Source: an uncultured Spirochaetaceae bacterium (GTDB lineage: Bacteria > Spirochaetota > Spirochaetia > Sphaerochaetales > Sphaerochaetaceae). From it: a DNA stretch of 64,000 bases. A program made the translations under genes and the position numbers. The notes under the pieces were generated by a model. That model saw only the letters and a list, made by a program, of their open reading frames with translations, searched no databases and was not told where the DNA came from. Positions 30,576 to 40,200 of this stretch are shown here, piece by piece (position 1 is the first letter of the stretch; every line of letters starts with the position of its first letter). The stretch covers positions 2,953 through 66,952 of the forward strand of contig CALXLB010000006.1 of the NCBI GenBank assembly GCA_944389085.1, given 5' to 3'.

Positions 30576-30771
30576 TCAAACCGGTAGCTTGCAAAAGTGT
30601 CTATTCAAAGCATTCATTATGCGGATAGATGAACCAGAAAACAGGATGCAGATACTCTCTCCAAGATTGTCGATGATGGTTCTGAAGAGCGCATTCGCTA
30701 AATCGCTGTCAGTTTTTTTCAGATCCTGATACTCATCCAGCGCTATGATTATCTTCTCCTTTCTTGTCCCG
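30576..30771 (-). pseudogene. Remnant of an AAA ATPase (ATPase_2/DUF234-like)
   Basis: The reverse frame reads ...KEKIIIALDEYQDLKKTDSDLANALFRTIIDNLGESICILFSGSSIRIMNAL..., a Walker-B-like hhhhDE followed by GS. It has no start codon. Further short fragments lie downstream (GEFDVAAETTDG). Confidence 0.35.
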
Positions 30772-31591
30772 AGAAACTGAAAAAGAGATTGATGGTCTGA
30801 TGGCTGTCTATCGTGATTCCTATGATTTCGCTACCGATGATATCGAGACCGTGCGTTATCAGGCGAGAGAAGAGATTGCCATCAGGAAGATGATGGATGC
30901 AGAAGGCTGTTCAGCTTTCTCCAATACATTCCAGGATCTCTATGGCATGAAGCAGCTTCCAGGCTTGGCAACCCAGCATCTGATGGCACAGGGCTATGGT
31001 TATGGTGGAGAAGGGGACTGGAAGGTCAGTGCTATGCAGGCAATCATGAAGAGAATGGGCAAGGATGAGAACGGAGCCTCTGCTTTCATGGAGGATTACA
31101 CTTATAATCTTGTTCCTGGTGCGAAGTACAGTCTCGGTGCCCATATGCTTGAAGTCTGTCCGAGTGTCGCTTCCGCCAGACCACGGATTGAGGTCCATCC
31201 TCTGGGAATCGGTGACAGGGAGGATCCTGCCCGTCTTGTTTTCGAAGGTAAAGAAGGAGATGCGATTGTTGTCTCTCTCATCGATATGGGTGGAAGGCTT
31301 CGCCTTATATGCCAAAATATCCATTGTGTGAAACCTATTCTGCCAATGCCTAATCTTCCTGTTGCTAGAGTCATGTGGCAGGCAATGCCGGATCTGGAGA
31401 CGGGACTTGAATGCTGGATTACAGCAGGAGGTGCACATCACACAGTCCTCAGCTATGATGTCTCTGCAGAGCAGATGAAGGATTGGGCAACTATCATGGG
31501 AATTGAATTCGTGCATATCACGAAAGACACGACAGTTGAATCACTAGAGAAAGAACTTTTCCTCAATGATATTGCCTGGAAGCTCAGGTAA
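30764..31591 (+). pseudogene. araA: 5'-truncated L-arabinose isomerase (C-terminal ~275 of ~500 aa)
   Basis: Aligns by eye with E. coli AraA from about residue 225 to the end (KQLPGLA.Q.LM.QGYG..GEGDWK, FMEDYTY, HMLEVCPS, GGAHHTV). The 464 nt upstream cannot encode the missing ~220 aa. Confidence 0.85.
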
Positions 31592-31690
31592 TCTGATTCT
31601 ACCTGTATTATGTATTCGCTGGCGCTGGCATATTCCGGCGCCATCTTTTCGTCGTGCAGATTACGTGTATAATTTCCCTTGGAGGTATGT

Positions 31691-32761
31691 ATGAAAAAAC
31701 TGGTTGTTGTTTTTCTTGCACTTGTTCTTTCATGTGGAATTCTGTTTGCATCTGATTATGCCCCGCTCAGTGGAACTATCACGGAGATTTCCAAGTATGG
31801 TAATGCTATGACAAGCATTGCATCCTCAGATGCTTATGCTGCAGGCTATGAGCCCGGTGATATGGTGACTATCATGTCAGGTGATTATTCTTCTCCATCT
31901 CCTCTTGGAACCGATTACAGCAATGTCGATAGCGGAAACATTGTCGCAGTCTTCTCCGATACTGGTATAGAGATTGCTATCAATTATGGTTCCTTTGCAA
32001 CGGAGTCTGGTGTCGAAGTCGGTGATGCCGTGTCGATAGATATGCTTGAAAAGGGCGGATACGCAGAGGAGTATGCTATAAGGCAGCTTGAAAGAACTGA
32101 TAACCGTGATGATTACGCTTCAGATGAAGTATTTGCGAACTTCCGTATGGTTGATGAAGGCAATATCGCAGCAGGTATCCTCTACAGAAGCTGCAGTCCT
32201 GTCCGCGGAGATGCCAGAGCTCCTTATGCTGATAAGCTTGCCCAGAATGCAGGTATCAGGACAGTAATCAATCTCGCAGATAGTGAAGAGACCATGACAG
32301 CAGGACTTGGAATGGCTCCTTATTACGCAACTCTCGTGGAGAATGGAGATGTGATTACACTGGATATGGGTGTAGATTTCTTCTCTGCTGATTTCACTGC
32401 AAAGCTCGCCGACGGGCTGAGGTTCATAATCAGCCACGAACCTCCATATCTTGTGCATTGCAATGAAGGAAAGGACAGAGCCGGTATGACTGTTGCTCTT
32501 CTTGAAGCTCTCTCCGATGCCACAATGGATGAGATTGTCGCAGATTATATGGAAAGCTATGAGAATTACTATGGTGTAGAAAAAGGTACCGAACAGTACG
32601 ATATGATAGCTAAGATCATCACTGATTTCTTCGAAACCATGAATGGCAGACCATTCCCATACAATGCTGTGAAGACTGTTGCGGAGCAATATGTGCTTAA
32701 TACAGTCGGTCTTACAGCTGATGAACTTGCAACACTTGAGAATATACTCAAAGGAAACTGA
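31691..32761 (+). CDS. Secreted tyrosine-phosphatase-like protein (Y_phosphatase3 type) with an N-terminal beta-barrel domain
   Basis: ATG 31691 follows GGAGG. Signal peptide present. CX5R motif HCNEGKDRAG. The N-terminal ~110 aa resemble the C-terminal domain of SAM hydroxide adenosyltransferase (DUF62). Confidence 0.6.
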   Translation: MKKLVVVFLALVLSCGILFASDYAPLSGTITEISKYGNAMTSIASSDAYAAGYEPGDMVTIMSGDYSSPSPLGTDYSNVDSGNIVAVFSDTGIEIAINYGSFATESGVEVGDAVSIDMLEKGGYAEEYAIRQLERTDNRDDYASDEVFANFRMVDEGNIAAGILYRSCSPVRGDARAPYADKLAQNAGIRTVINLADSEETMTAGLGMAPYYATLVENGDVITLDMGVDFFSADFTAKLADGLRFIISHEPPYLVHCNEGKDRAGMTVALLEALSDATMDEIVADYMESYENYYGVEKGTEQYDMIAKIITDFFETMNGRPFPYNAVKTVAEQYVLNTVGLTADELATLENILKGN

Positions 32762-32766
32762 TGATC

Positions 32767-33870
32767 TCAGAAAGGATTTCTGAACCAGGCTTCTGTTTCT
32801 GATAGCGGGCGGGTGAAAATCCGCCCATTATCTTTTTCATCCTTTGCCTGATGATACTTGAAAAGCATCCTGCCTTCAGATTCACCCAGTATCTCGATTT
32901 TCCCCGTATGATGGGACATGGCATAGCGGAAAGCTTTTGCAGGTCCGCTCATCATGGCTTTGGCTTCCTCTGTTATTCTCACACCTTTTGAGAAAGGTAC
33001 CTGAAATTGATTCTTCACTCCTTCTACAGGCCGGCACTGAAAGACATAATATGGCATTACTGAGTGGGAAACGAGTCCGTTCAGAAGATCTGACAGGACT
33101 TTCGGATCATCATTGACACCACGCAGCAATACACTCTGGTTGCGGATGATGCAGCCTGCAGCCTGAAGCATTGTCATGGCTTTGACTGATTCTGCAGTAA
33201 GTTCTTTCGGATGATTGAAATGCGTTACGATGATGATGGCTTTTTTCTTTGAGTATCTGTTCAGTAGTTCCGTAAGTTCTCCTTCATCTTCTGTGATACG
33301 GAAAGGAAAAGTCACAGGGGTACGGGTTCCGAATCTGATGAATTCAATATGCGAGATTTCTGTCAGGGCTTTCAGATAGCGTTCGATAATCCTGTTGCTG
33401 TTCATGAAGGCATCTCCGCCCGAGACAAGAACATTGTTGATTTCTCTATGCTCTGAAAGATATTCAATCATCTGCGGAAGGTTTTCAGCAGTTTCCTCTC
33501 CATCCAGTCCCACCATTCTTTTCCTGAAACAATGGCGGCAATACATGGCACAGACGTCTGTGGAAAGTATTAATGCAGTCTTTTTATATTTATGCTGCAT
33601 GCCTTGTACGACAGTATTCTCTCCTTCTCCTGATGTGTCCTGCACACCGCCTTCCGAGAATTCCATTGGATCTGGAATACAGAGTTTCTTTATCGGGTCT
33701 GCCGGGTTGTCTTTGTCTATCAGCGATAGGTAATACTCAGGAACGGAAATAGGATAGCGCCTTTCGATATCCGCAATCGCTGCCGTCTCTTCTTCACTTA
33801 ATCCGAGTTTCTTCTGAATATCATGAATAGAGCGATAGTTATTCGCTAGAAGATTCTGCCACTTCTTCAC
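32767..33870 (-). CDS. KamA-family radical SAM protein (lysine 2,3-aminomutase-like)
   Basis: CAMYCRHC cluster motif (CxxxCxxC) and an N-terminal region like KamA (YPISVPEYYLSLID..DPI). Confidence 0.8.
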   Translation of the reverse strand: MKKWQNLLANNYRSIHDIQKKLGLSEEETAAIADIERRYPISVPEYYLSLIDKDNPADPIKKLCIPDPMEFSEGGVQDTSGEGENTVVQGMQHKYKKTALILSTDVCAMYCRHCFRKRMVGLDGEETAENLPQMIEYLSEHREINNVLVSGGDAFMNSNRIIERYLKALTEISHIEFIRFGTRTPVTFPFRITEDEGELTELLNRYSKKKAIIIVTHFNHPKELTAESVKAMTMLQAAGCIIRNQSVLLRGVNDDPKVLSDLLNGLVSHSVMPYYVFQCRPVEGVKNQFQVPFSKGVRITEEAKAMMSGPAKAFRYAMSHHTGKIEILGESEGRMLFKYHQAKDEKDNGRIFTRPLSETEAWFRNPF

Positions 33871-34068
33871 ATATTGCCTCCTGAATAAGGAAATTGATTA
33901 TGATTTGTTACATTCCAACCCCTGTATGTAAATATGGTAAAGTCTGTTTGTCCGGTTGTCAAATTCACGGATTAAGTGTGCAAAGGACTGCAGCATAATA
34001 TTTTGTTTACAGATTACTGATAGTCATTCATCCTTTTTATAAGGGGTGAAGTATATAAGGGGATTACT

Positions 34069-34797
34069 ATGCGGAAACTGCTTGTTTATGTCTTGTGTTT
34101 ACTCTCTCTTTTGCTGTTGACCTCTTGTGAGGAGATTCTTAATGAGATGATCTCGCAGGGGAATGTGTATACAGTCACATTTTACTTGGATGGCGGAACG
34201 ATAGATGGTCAGGATGAATATGGTCCTGTGAAGGTAAAGCATGAAAATACGGTTCCAGAGCCTCCTCTGCCGTCAAGGGAAGGCTATGTGTTTTATGGTT
34301 GGAAAGTGAGTGGTGGGAACGTTTACTGGGATTTCCGAAATGGTTTGAAAAGGAATATGACACTCGTTGCAGAGTGGGGAAAGAAAACAGTTACTACAGA
34401 TGAACAGCTTGTTCTCTGGTTTGATGAAGATATTGATGGATATGCTGTTGAGACATACAGAGGCAATACTGAGAAACTCGTGATTCCTGCTTCGTTTGCA
34501 GATGATTCTGGTCAGACAATAGACGTGAAAACTATTGCAGATAATGCTTTCAGCAACAATTCTTTTTCTGAAATCATCTTGCCGGACACTATAGAGTCTA
34601 TCGGAGCCAGAGCCTTTTCCGGATGTGTGAATCTTCATGAGATCCGGATACCATCCTCTGTTGCTGTAATGGGAGAAAAGGTGTTCAACGGAATTATCAT
34701 TGATGTCTATCTTCCATGGCCTGAGAGTGAGATTCCTCCAGAATGGTCCGACGAGTGGAAAAGTGGTTCTGTTAAGATCACGGTCAGGGAATTCTGA
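34069..34797 (+). CDS. Lipoprotein with a Listeria/Bacteroides-type repeat and BspA-like leucine-rich repeats
   Basis: Lipobox LLLTSC. YTVTFYLDGG...GYVFYGW repeat. LRR-like IADNAFSNN..IILPDTIESIGARAFSGC..L.EI.IPSSV. Confidence 0.6.
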   Translation: MRKLLVYVLCLLSLLLLTSCEEILNEMISQGNVYTVTFYLDGGTIDGQDEYGPVKVKHENTVPEPPLPSREGYVFYGWKVSGGNVYWDFRNGLKRNMTLVAEWGKKTVTTDEQLVLWFDEDIDGYAVETYRGNTEKLVIPASFADDSGQTIDVKTIADNAFSNNSFSEIILPDTIESIGARAFSGCVNLHEIRIPSSVAVMGEKVFNGIIIDVYLPWPESEIPPEWSDEWKSGSVKITVREF

Positions 34798-34882
34798 TCT
34801 GTATTATCATGAATCCAATGCTGCATTAAGGCATGAAAACAGCCATCTTTTGATTTAACAGAATCTGTTTTATACTGACCTT

Positions 34883-36688
34883 ATGGCGTATGATGAAAAA
34901 AATATCAAATCGCTGTCTTCCCTTGAACATATAAGGCTACGTCCTGGAATGTACATCGGACGGCTTGGGAATGGTTCCCATCCCGATGACGGCATTTATA
35001 TATTGCTGAAAGAGGTTGTTGATAACTCAATCGACGAGTTCATCATGAAGCATGGGTCGCGGGTTGAGATCACTGTATTGAATGGTTCTGTGACGGTGCG
35101 GGATTATGGCCGTGGTATTCCGCTCGGAAAGGTTGTCGAGTGTGTTTCCGTCATAAATACAGGTGCTAAATACGATAACGAGGCATTCCAGTTCTCTGTT
35201 GGCCTCAATGGTGTAGGTACCAAAGCCGTAAATGCACTCTCTTCTGAATTCTACGTCAAATCCTTCAGAGAAGGTAAGTTCGTTGAAGCCTGGTTCAAAA
35301 AGGGCAAGCTGAAAAAGAAGAATGAGGGAGAGACGGCAGAGGAAGATGGAACGCTTGTCTCCTTTACTCCTGACAAGGAAATTTTTGCGGACTATCAGTT
35401 CAATGATGATTTCATCACAGACAGGCTCTGGAGCTATGCATATCTCAACACGGGCCTGACAATCGAATATAACAAGAAGATACTCAAGAGCCGGAATGGA
35501 CTTCTTGATCTGCTTTCAAAAGTCATTGGAGATGATGGACTCTATCCTGCAATACATTTCCGCAATGAGCATCTGGAATTTGCATTCACCCATACATCAG
35601 GTTATGGAGAGAACTACTTCTCATACGTCAATGGTCAGAATACAGCCGATGGAGGTACGCACCTTGCCGCATTCAAAGAAGGTGTGCTGAAAGCCATCAA
35701 CGAGTTCTACAGAAAAAGCTGGCAGGCTCCTGAGATCAGGGATGGCATTGTCGCAGCTGTTGCCATAAAAATGCAGAATCCTGTCTTTGAAAGCCAGACG
35801 AAGAATAAACTGGGATCTACTGAAGTACGTACCTGGATAGTCAATGAAGTCAAAGAAGCTGTCATGGATGCCTTGATGAAAGATAAAGCCAAGGCACAAG
35901 GACTTCAGGATAAGGTTTCGATGAACGAGAAAGTTCATAAAGAAGAGCAGGAAGTAAGGAACAACTCCAAGGAGAGAGCTAAGAAAACAGCTGTTCATAT
36001 CCCCAAGCTTCGTGACTGCCGCTATCACATCAACAATGCACCTGCTGCACACAGGAAGGAAGCAGAGGAATCAATGATTTTCCTTACCGAGGGAGATAGC
36101 GCTGCTGGTACTCTCTCTAATATCCGCGATGCCAATACCCAGGCAGTATTCGCTCTTCGTGGAAAGCCTTTCAATGTCCAGGGCTATAAGCGTACAGAGC
36201 TCTATAAGCATGAGGAACTCTATAACATCATGGTTGCTCTCGGCATTGAGAATGGTATTGATGATATCCGCTATTCCAAGGTTGTCATTGCAACAGATGC
36301 AGATACGGATGGTTTCCATATCAGGATACTCCTTATGACATTCTTCCTCACATATTTTGAGGAAGTCGTCACATCTGGGAAGCTCTTCATTCTGGAGACA
36401 CCGCTATTCCGTGTCAGAAACAAGCAGGTGACAGAGTATTGTTACACCGAGGCTGAACGCGACGAGGCAATGAAGAGGATAAGGGGAGCAGAAGTCACAA
36501 GATTCAAAGGTCTTGGTGAGATAAGCCCGAAGGAGTTCAGACGCTTTATCAGCGAGGATATAAAACTTCTGCCTGTCACTATAACCTCAATTAAGGATAT
36601 AAGAGATAAGATGGAATTCTATATGGGAGACAATACTCCGCAGAGAAGGGAGTTCATCATGGAGAATCTTTTAAATGTCACAGGCTGA
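34883..36688 (+). CDS. parE: Type IIA topoisomerase subunit B, short form (ParE-like)
   Basis: GHKL ATPase N-terminus (LEHIRLRPGMYIG), Toprim EGDSA and the PL(F)RVRN motif. 601 aa. Confidence 0.8.
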   Translation: MAYDEKNIKSLSSLEHIRLRPGMYIGRLGNGSHPDDGIYILLKEVVDNSIDEFIMKHGSRVEITVLNGSVTVRDYGRGIPLGKVVECVSVINTGAKYDNEAFQFSVGLNGVGTKAVNALSSEFYVKSFREGKFVEAWFKKGKLKKKNEGETAEEDGTLVSFTPDKEIFADYQFNDDFITDRLWSYAYLNTGLTIEYNKKILKSRNGLLDLLSKVIGDDGLYPAIHFRNEHLEFAFTHTSGYGENYFSYVNGQNTADGGTHLAAFKEGVLKAINEFYRKSWQAPEIRDGIVAAVAIKMQNPVFESQTKNKLGSTEVRTWIVNEVKEAVMDALMKDKAKAQGLQDKVSMNEKVHKEEQEVRNNSKERAKKTAVHIPKLRDCRYHINNAPAAHRKEAEESMIFLTEGDSAAGTLSNIRDANTQAVFALRGKPFNVQGYKRTELYKHEELYNIMVALGIENGIDDIRYSKVVIATDADTDGFHIRILLMTFFLTYFEEVVTSGKLFILETPLFRVRNKQVTEYCYTEAERDEAMKRIRGAEVTRFKGLGEISPKEFRRFISEDIKLLPVTITSIKDIRDKMEFYMGDNTPQRREFIMENLLNVTG

Positions 36689-38663
36689 TAAACTCTATAA
36701 GAATTACTTCCTTGAATATGCTTCATATGTAGTCAGAGACAGGGCAATCCCTGACTTGGTCGATGGGTTCAAGCCTGTACAGCGTCGTATCATGCATACG
36801 CTTTTCGAAATGGATGATGGACGCTTCATGAAGGTTGCCAATGTTGTAGGTGCTGCAATGAAGTACCATCCTCATGGTGATTCCTCCATTTACGAAGCAC
36901 TTGTCAATCTTGCTAATGCGGAGCTTTTCATCGAGAAGCAGGGTAATTATGGTAACTTCCTTACCGGCGATGGAGCCGCTGCTGGCAGATACATTGAATG
37001 CCGCCTGAAACCTTTTGCCAAGAAAGTTCTCTATAATCCAGAGATTACGGAATATGTTGATTCATATGACGGCAGAAACAAGGAACCTGTTGCTTTCCCG
37101 GCAAAGATTCCTGTAGTTGTTGTGCAGGGAACAATGGGCATCGCTGTAGGCATGTCCACTATGATTCTGCCTCATAATATTTTCGAGGTGCTTGAGGCGG
37201 AGAAGAAAGCTCTCAGAGGAGAGAAGTTCAAGCTCTATCCGGATTTCCCCGGTGGCGGAATCATGGATGTCTCTGAATATAACGACGGCATGGGCAAAAT
37301 AGCTGTCAGGGCAAGACTGAATGCCTCGGACCCGAAAAAGCTTGTCATCGAGGAACTTCCATATGGTGTCACAAGCGATGCCATGATAGCTTCAATCGAG
37401 AAAGCCAATGCAACCGGCAGGCTCAAGATTGCCTCGATCAGCGACTATACTGCTGAAAAAGCCCAGATTGAAATCTGCTGGCAGCGCAATGTTTACTCAG
37501 AGGATATGGTTGATGTTCTCTATGCAACTACTGATTGCGAGAAGAAGATCAGCGTAAATCCTCTGGTTATTGTTGATGGGCTTCCCAAGGCTGTTCCTAT
37601 AACGAAGATGATACGTTTCCATGCCAAGCATCTGGTAGATGTTCTTAATGCAGAGCTGGAGAATGAAAAGAAGCATCTTCTTGAAAAACTCAGGGCAAGG
37701 ACGCTGGAGCGTATTTTCATCGAAGAGAGGATCTACAAAAGGATCGAGACGGAAAAGACTGCAGAAGCTGTAAAGAACACCATCGTTGAGGGCTTTGTTC
37801 CTTTTGAAGCCGAGCTCGGTGGAGAACCGCTCAGCGATGATGATATCGAGAGGCTTCTGAAGATTCCTATCAGGCGTATCTCTCTCTTTGATATCGAGAA
37901 GAATAAAGCTGAAATAACGGAAATCCAGGGAGAGATAGAGAAGATTGATTATAACCTTGCACATATCATTGAATATGCCGAGGGATATCTGACAGAGCTG
38001 GAGGAGATGCTCGATAAGGATACATTCAAACGAAAGACAGAGATTTCCTCCTTCGAGACACTCAATGTCCGTCAGGTTGCCGTCCGCAATATGGATATCC
38101 GCTATGATCAGGAGACAGGTTATCTTGGAACGAATATCAAGACAGGTGAATCGCTTTTGAAAGTCAGCCCATATGACAAAGTCTTCTATATGAAAAACAA
38201 TGGCGAATATCGCGTTGTCAATGTCCAGGATAAGGTCTTTATCGGAACAGAGGGTATTTTCTATATCAATTACGGGGATAAGGAAATCATCTCCAAGGAA
38301 ACGTTCACTGTCATTTACCGTGACAGGATCCGTGATAAGAATGTCTATCAGATCAAGCGTTTCCATATCTCCGCTTTCACTACTGATAAGATGTACTCTG
38401 TAGTCTCAGGAGAGAAGGCAAAGGTAAAGAAGATGTCTCTCTGGCCATCTGCCATCATCTCGATGAAGTTCAAGCCTGGCTATGGCTATAAGATCATGGA
38501 AGATACAGCACGTTTTGCTGACTTCCCGATTTATAAATCTCCTAATGCGGCAGGGCAGAAACTGACGGGAAAGGAGCTGCAGTCTCTTTCGATAAGACAG
38601 ACGAAGGATACCTCTACTTCGGAGGAGAAGGAACCTTCACTTCTGGATGGGCTTGATGAGTGA
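36675..38663 (+). CDS. parC: Type IIA topoisomerase subunit A, short form (ParC-like)
   Basis: DGFKPVQRR, KYHPHGD and the catalytic-Tyr region AAAGRYIECRL. Only about 150 aa follow the coiled-coil region. Overlaps parE by 14 nt. Confidence 0.8.
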   Translation: MSQADKLYKNYFLEYASYVVRDRAIPDLVDGFKPVQRRIMHTLFEMDDGRFMKVANVVGAAMKYHPHGDSSIYEALVNLANAELFIEKQGNYGNFLTGDGAAAGRYIECRLKPFAKKVLYNPEITEYVDSYDGRNKEPVAFPAKIPVVVVQGTMGIAVGMSTMILPHNIFEVLEAEKKALRGEKFKLYPDFPGGGIMDVSEYNDGMGKIAVRARLNASDPKKLVIEELPYGVTSDAMIASIEKANATGRLKIASISDYTAEKAQIEICWQRNVYSEDMVDVLYATTDCEKKISVNPLVIVDGLPKAVPITKMIRFHAKHLVDVLNAELENEKKHLLEKLRARTLERIFIEERIYKRIETEKTAEAVKNTIVEGFVPFEAELGGEPLSDDDIERLLKIPIRRISLFDIEKNKAEITEIQGEIEKIDYNLAHIIEYAEGYLTELEEMLDKDTFKRKTEISSFETLNVRQVAVRNMDIRYDQETGYLGTNIKTGESLLKVSPYDKVFYMKNNGEYRVVNVQDKVFIGTEGIFYINYGDKEIISKETFTVIYRDRIRDKNVYQIKRFHISAFTTDKMYSVVSGEKAKVKKMSLWPSAIISMKFKPGYGYKIMEDTARFADFPIYKSPNAAGQKLTGKELQSLSIRQTKDTSTSEEKEPSLLDGLDE

Positions 38664-39351
38664 TATAGCTGATAGAGTTCTTTATGAGGATAATCATCTG
38701 ATAGTAATCAACAAACTTCCCGGTGAGCTTGTGCAAGGTGATGATACGGGTGACAGGACACTTGCTGATGATGTCAAAGCGTATCTGAAAGAGAAATACA
38801 ATAAACCTGGCAATGTTTTTCTGGGAATCCCGCATCGTCTGGACAGACCGACGTCGGGTATTGTCGTTTATTGCAAGACTGACAAGGCTCTCTCCAGGAT
38901 GACTGCGCTCTTCCGTACTTCCGATGTGAGGAAAACTTACTGGGCTATTGTCGACAAAGCCCCGGAGAAAAAGGAAGGAGAGCTAATTCATTACATCACC
39001 AGGAATGCTGCAACGAATAAGAGTATTGCCTCTTCAAAGGAGAGGAATGGCGCAAAGATTGCAAAGCTTTCCTATCGGCTTTTAGCCTCCTCTGATAATT
39101 ATCATCTGCTGGAGATCGATCTGCATACAGGACGGCACCATCAGATCAGGGCTCAGCTCGCTGCTCTTGGAATACATATCAAGGGAGATCTGAAATATGG
39201 AGCTGCCCGTTCAAATCCGGACGGAGGTATCTGCCTTCATGCCAGAGAAGTATCCTTCATCCATCCGATAAAGAAGGAAAAGGTGAAGATAACAGCAGAG
39301 CCTCCCCGTTCAGCATTATGGGATTACTTTGCTAGCAAATCAGAGGGTTAG
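38647..39351 (+). CDS. RluA-family pseudouridine synthase
   Basis: HRLDRPTSG catalytic motif. An alternative start at 38656 overlaps the parC stop. Confidence 0.85.
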   Translation: MGLMSDIADRVLYEDNHLIVINKLPGELVQGDDTGDRTLADDVKAYLKEKYNKPGNVFLGIPHRLDRPTSGIVVYCKTDKALSRMTALFRTSDVRKTYWAIVDKAPEKKEGELIHYITRNAATNKSIASSKERNGAKIAKLSYRLLASSDNYHLLEIDLHTGRHHQIRAQLAALGIHIKGDLKYGAARSNPDGGICLHAREVSFIHPIKKEKVKITAEPPRSALWDYFASKSEG

Positions 39352-40005
39352 GTCCTTTACTGTTTCTCCGATCTGGATTGATGTCTCATATGTTTTAGAA
39401 TATGGAGGCTTTACTTTTCCGTCCATTATGTCGGATATAGCTACAAGGCTTTCGTATCCGACTTCATAAAGCGGCTGCTTGATGCCTGTGAGCAGAGGGC
39501 CTTTGTATTCTTCTTCGAAATGGTTCTGACTGTCGAAGCTCATTACGGAAATGTCGTCAGGGACACTGAAGCCTTTGTCCATTATGCCTGATATCACTTT
39601 GATTGCGATCTTATCGCTTGTTATGAATATGGCGGTAGGACGTTTGTCTTCCGGCATATCCATCAAGGCTTGTGCCATTGTGTAGGCTTGATTGCTGTCC
39701 CCGAAGATATTGATTATGTTCTCCGGTGTTACTGAAAGACCAGCTTCTTCCATGCCTGCCTGATAGCCGTTCAGTCTTTCAATATTTACTTTCTTGTTCG
39801 GATTTCCCATGAACAGGAATATTCTTCTGTGGCCTTTGCTTACCAGATACTGAATAGCGTTGCGGGCTCCGTCATAGTTGTTTATCAGGATCTGATTGAC
39901 TTTTGTACCTTCAAAATTATTCTCGATGAGAAGGAACGGGAATTTTGAAGCTGTGAGATTGTCGATTATTGGCCGGTCCGTATACAGTGTCCCGTAGAGA
40001 ATCAT
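39340..40005 (-). pseudogene. LacI-family regulator lacking the HTH and first ~110 aa
   Basis: 221 aa of sugar-binding-domain sequence only. LacI-like sequence continues 8 codons upstream of the Met (LTNGIADS) and then meets in-frame stops. Confidence 0.6.
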
Positions 40006-40045
40006 TGAGTCTGCAATTCCGTTTGTAAGTCATCCATCTCACATG

Positions 40046-40081
40046 AAAAAGGTCACAGTCCCCATTTCTGAGGAGACTGTG
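40046..40081 (-). terminator. Rho-independent terminator (reverse strand)
   Basis: On the reverse strand: stem CACAGUCUCC (40081-40072) / GGGGACUGUG (40063-40054), an 8-nt loop, then ACC and U5 (40050-40046). Confidence 0.6.
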
Positions 40082-40200
40082 GTCTTTCTGTCTGGCTGGG
40101 AGGTTCAACCCCGTTTCCAGCCGGTTCTTAACTTAACAGGATTCTCGGAATGCCGTGGTCTCGGAACCATCAAGAATCCTTAACTAAACGACATTGTATA
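40082..40200 (-). ncRNA. Candidate structured RNA or 3' UTR element (unclassified)
   Basis: Two strong hairpins precede the terminator. The first is UUAAGGAUUCU...AGAAUCCU(G)UUAA (40183-40133). The second is GGCUGG...CCAGCC with an inner GGGG/CCUC helix (40122-40094). The region has no coding potential. Confidence 0.25.

Noticed and set aside
30367-30729. 120-aa + strand ORF between the ABC ATPase gene and the araA fragment.
   Set aside because: No RBS and a low-complexity product. The opposite strand shows ATPase-like remnants, so the region is better explained as decayed DNA.
40101-40120. GGGGUUGAACCUC resembling a tRNA T-arm.
   Set aside because: The loop is 5 nt instead of 7 and lacks the TTCRANY pattern. 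No acceptor or anticodon arms can be drawn.
40094-40183. Resemblance to guanidine-I/ykkC (GGUUCCGAGA...CCACGG, UCCGAGA) and TPP (UUGAACCU) riboswitch motifs.
   Set aside because: Only short partial matches. The ykkC 3' GCCCGGGAGA element and the TPP CUGAGA and pyrimidine-sensor elements are missing. The downstream gene is a LacI remnant, not a typical regulated gene.
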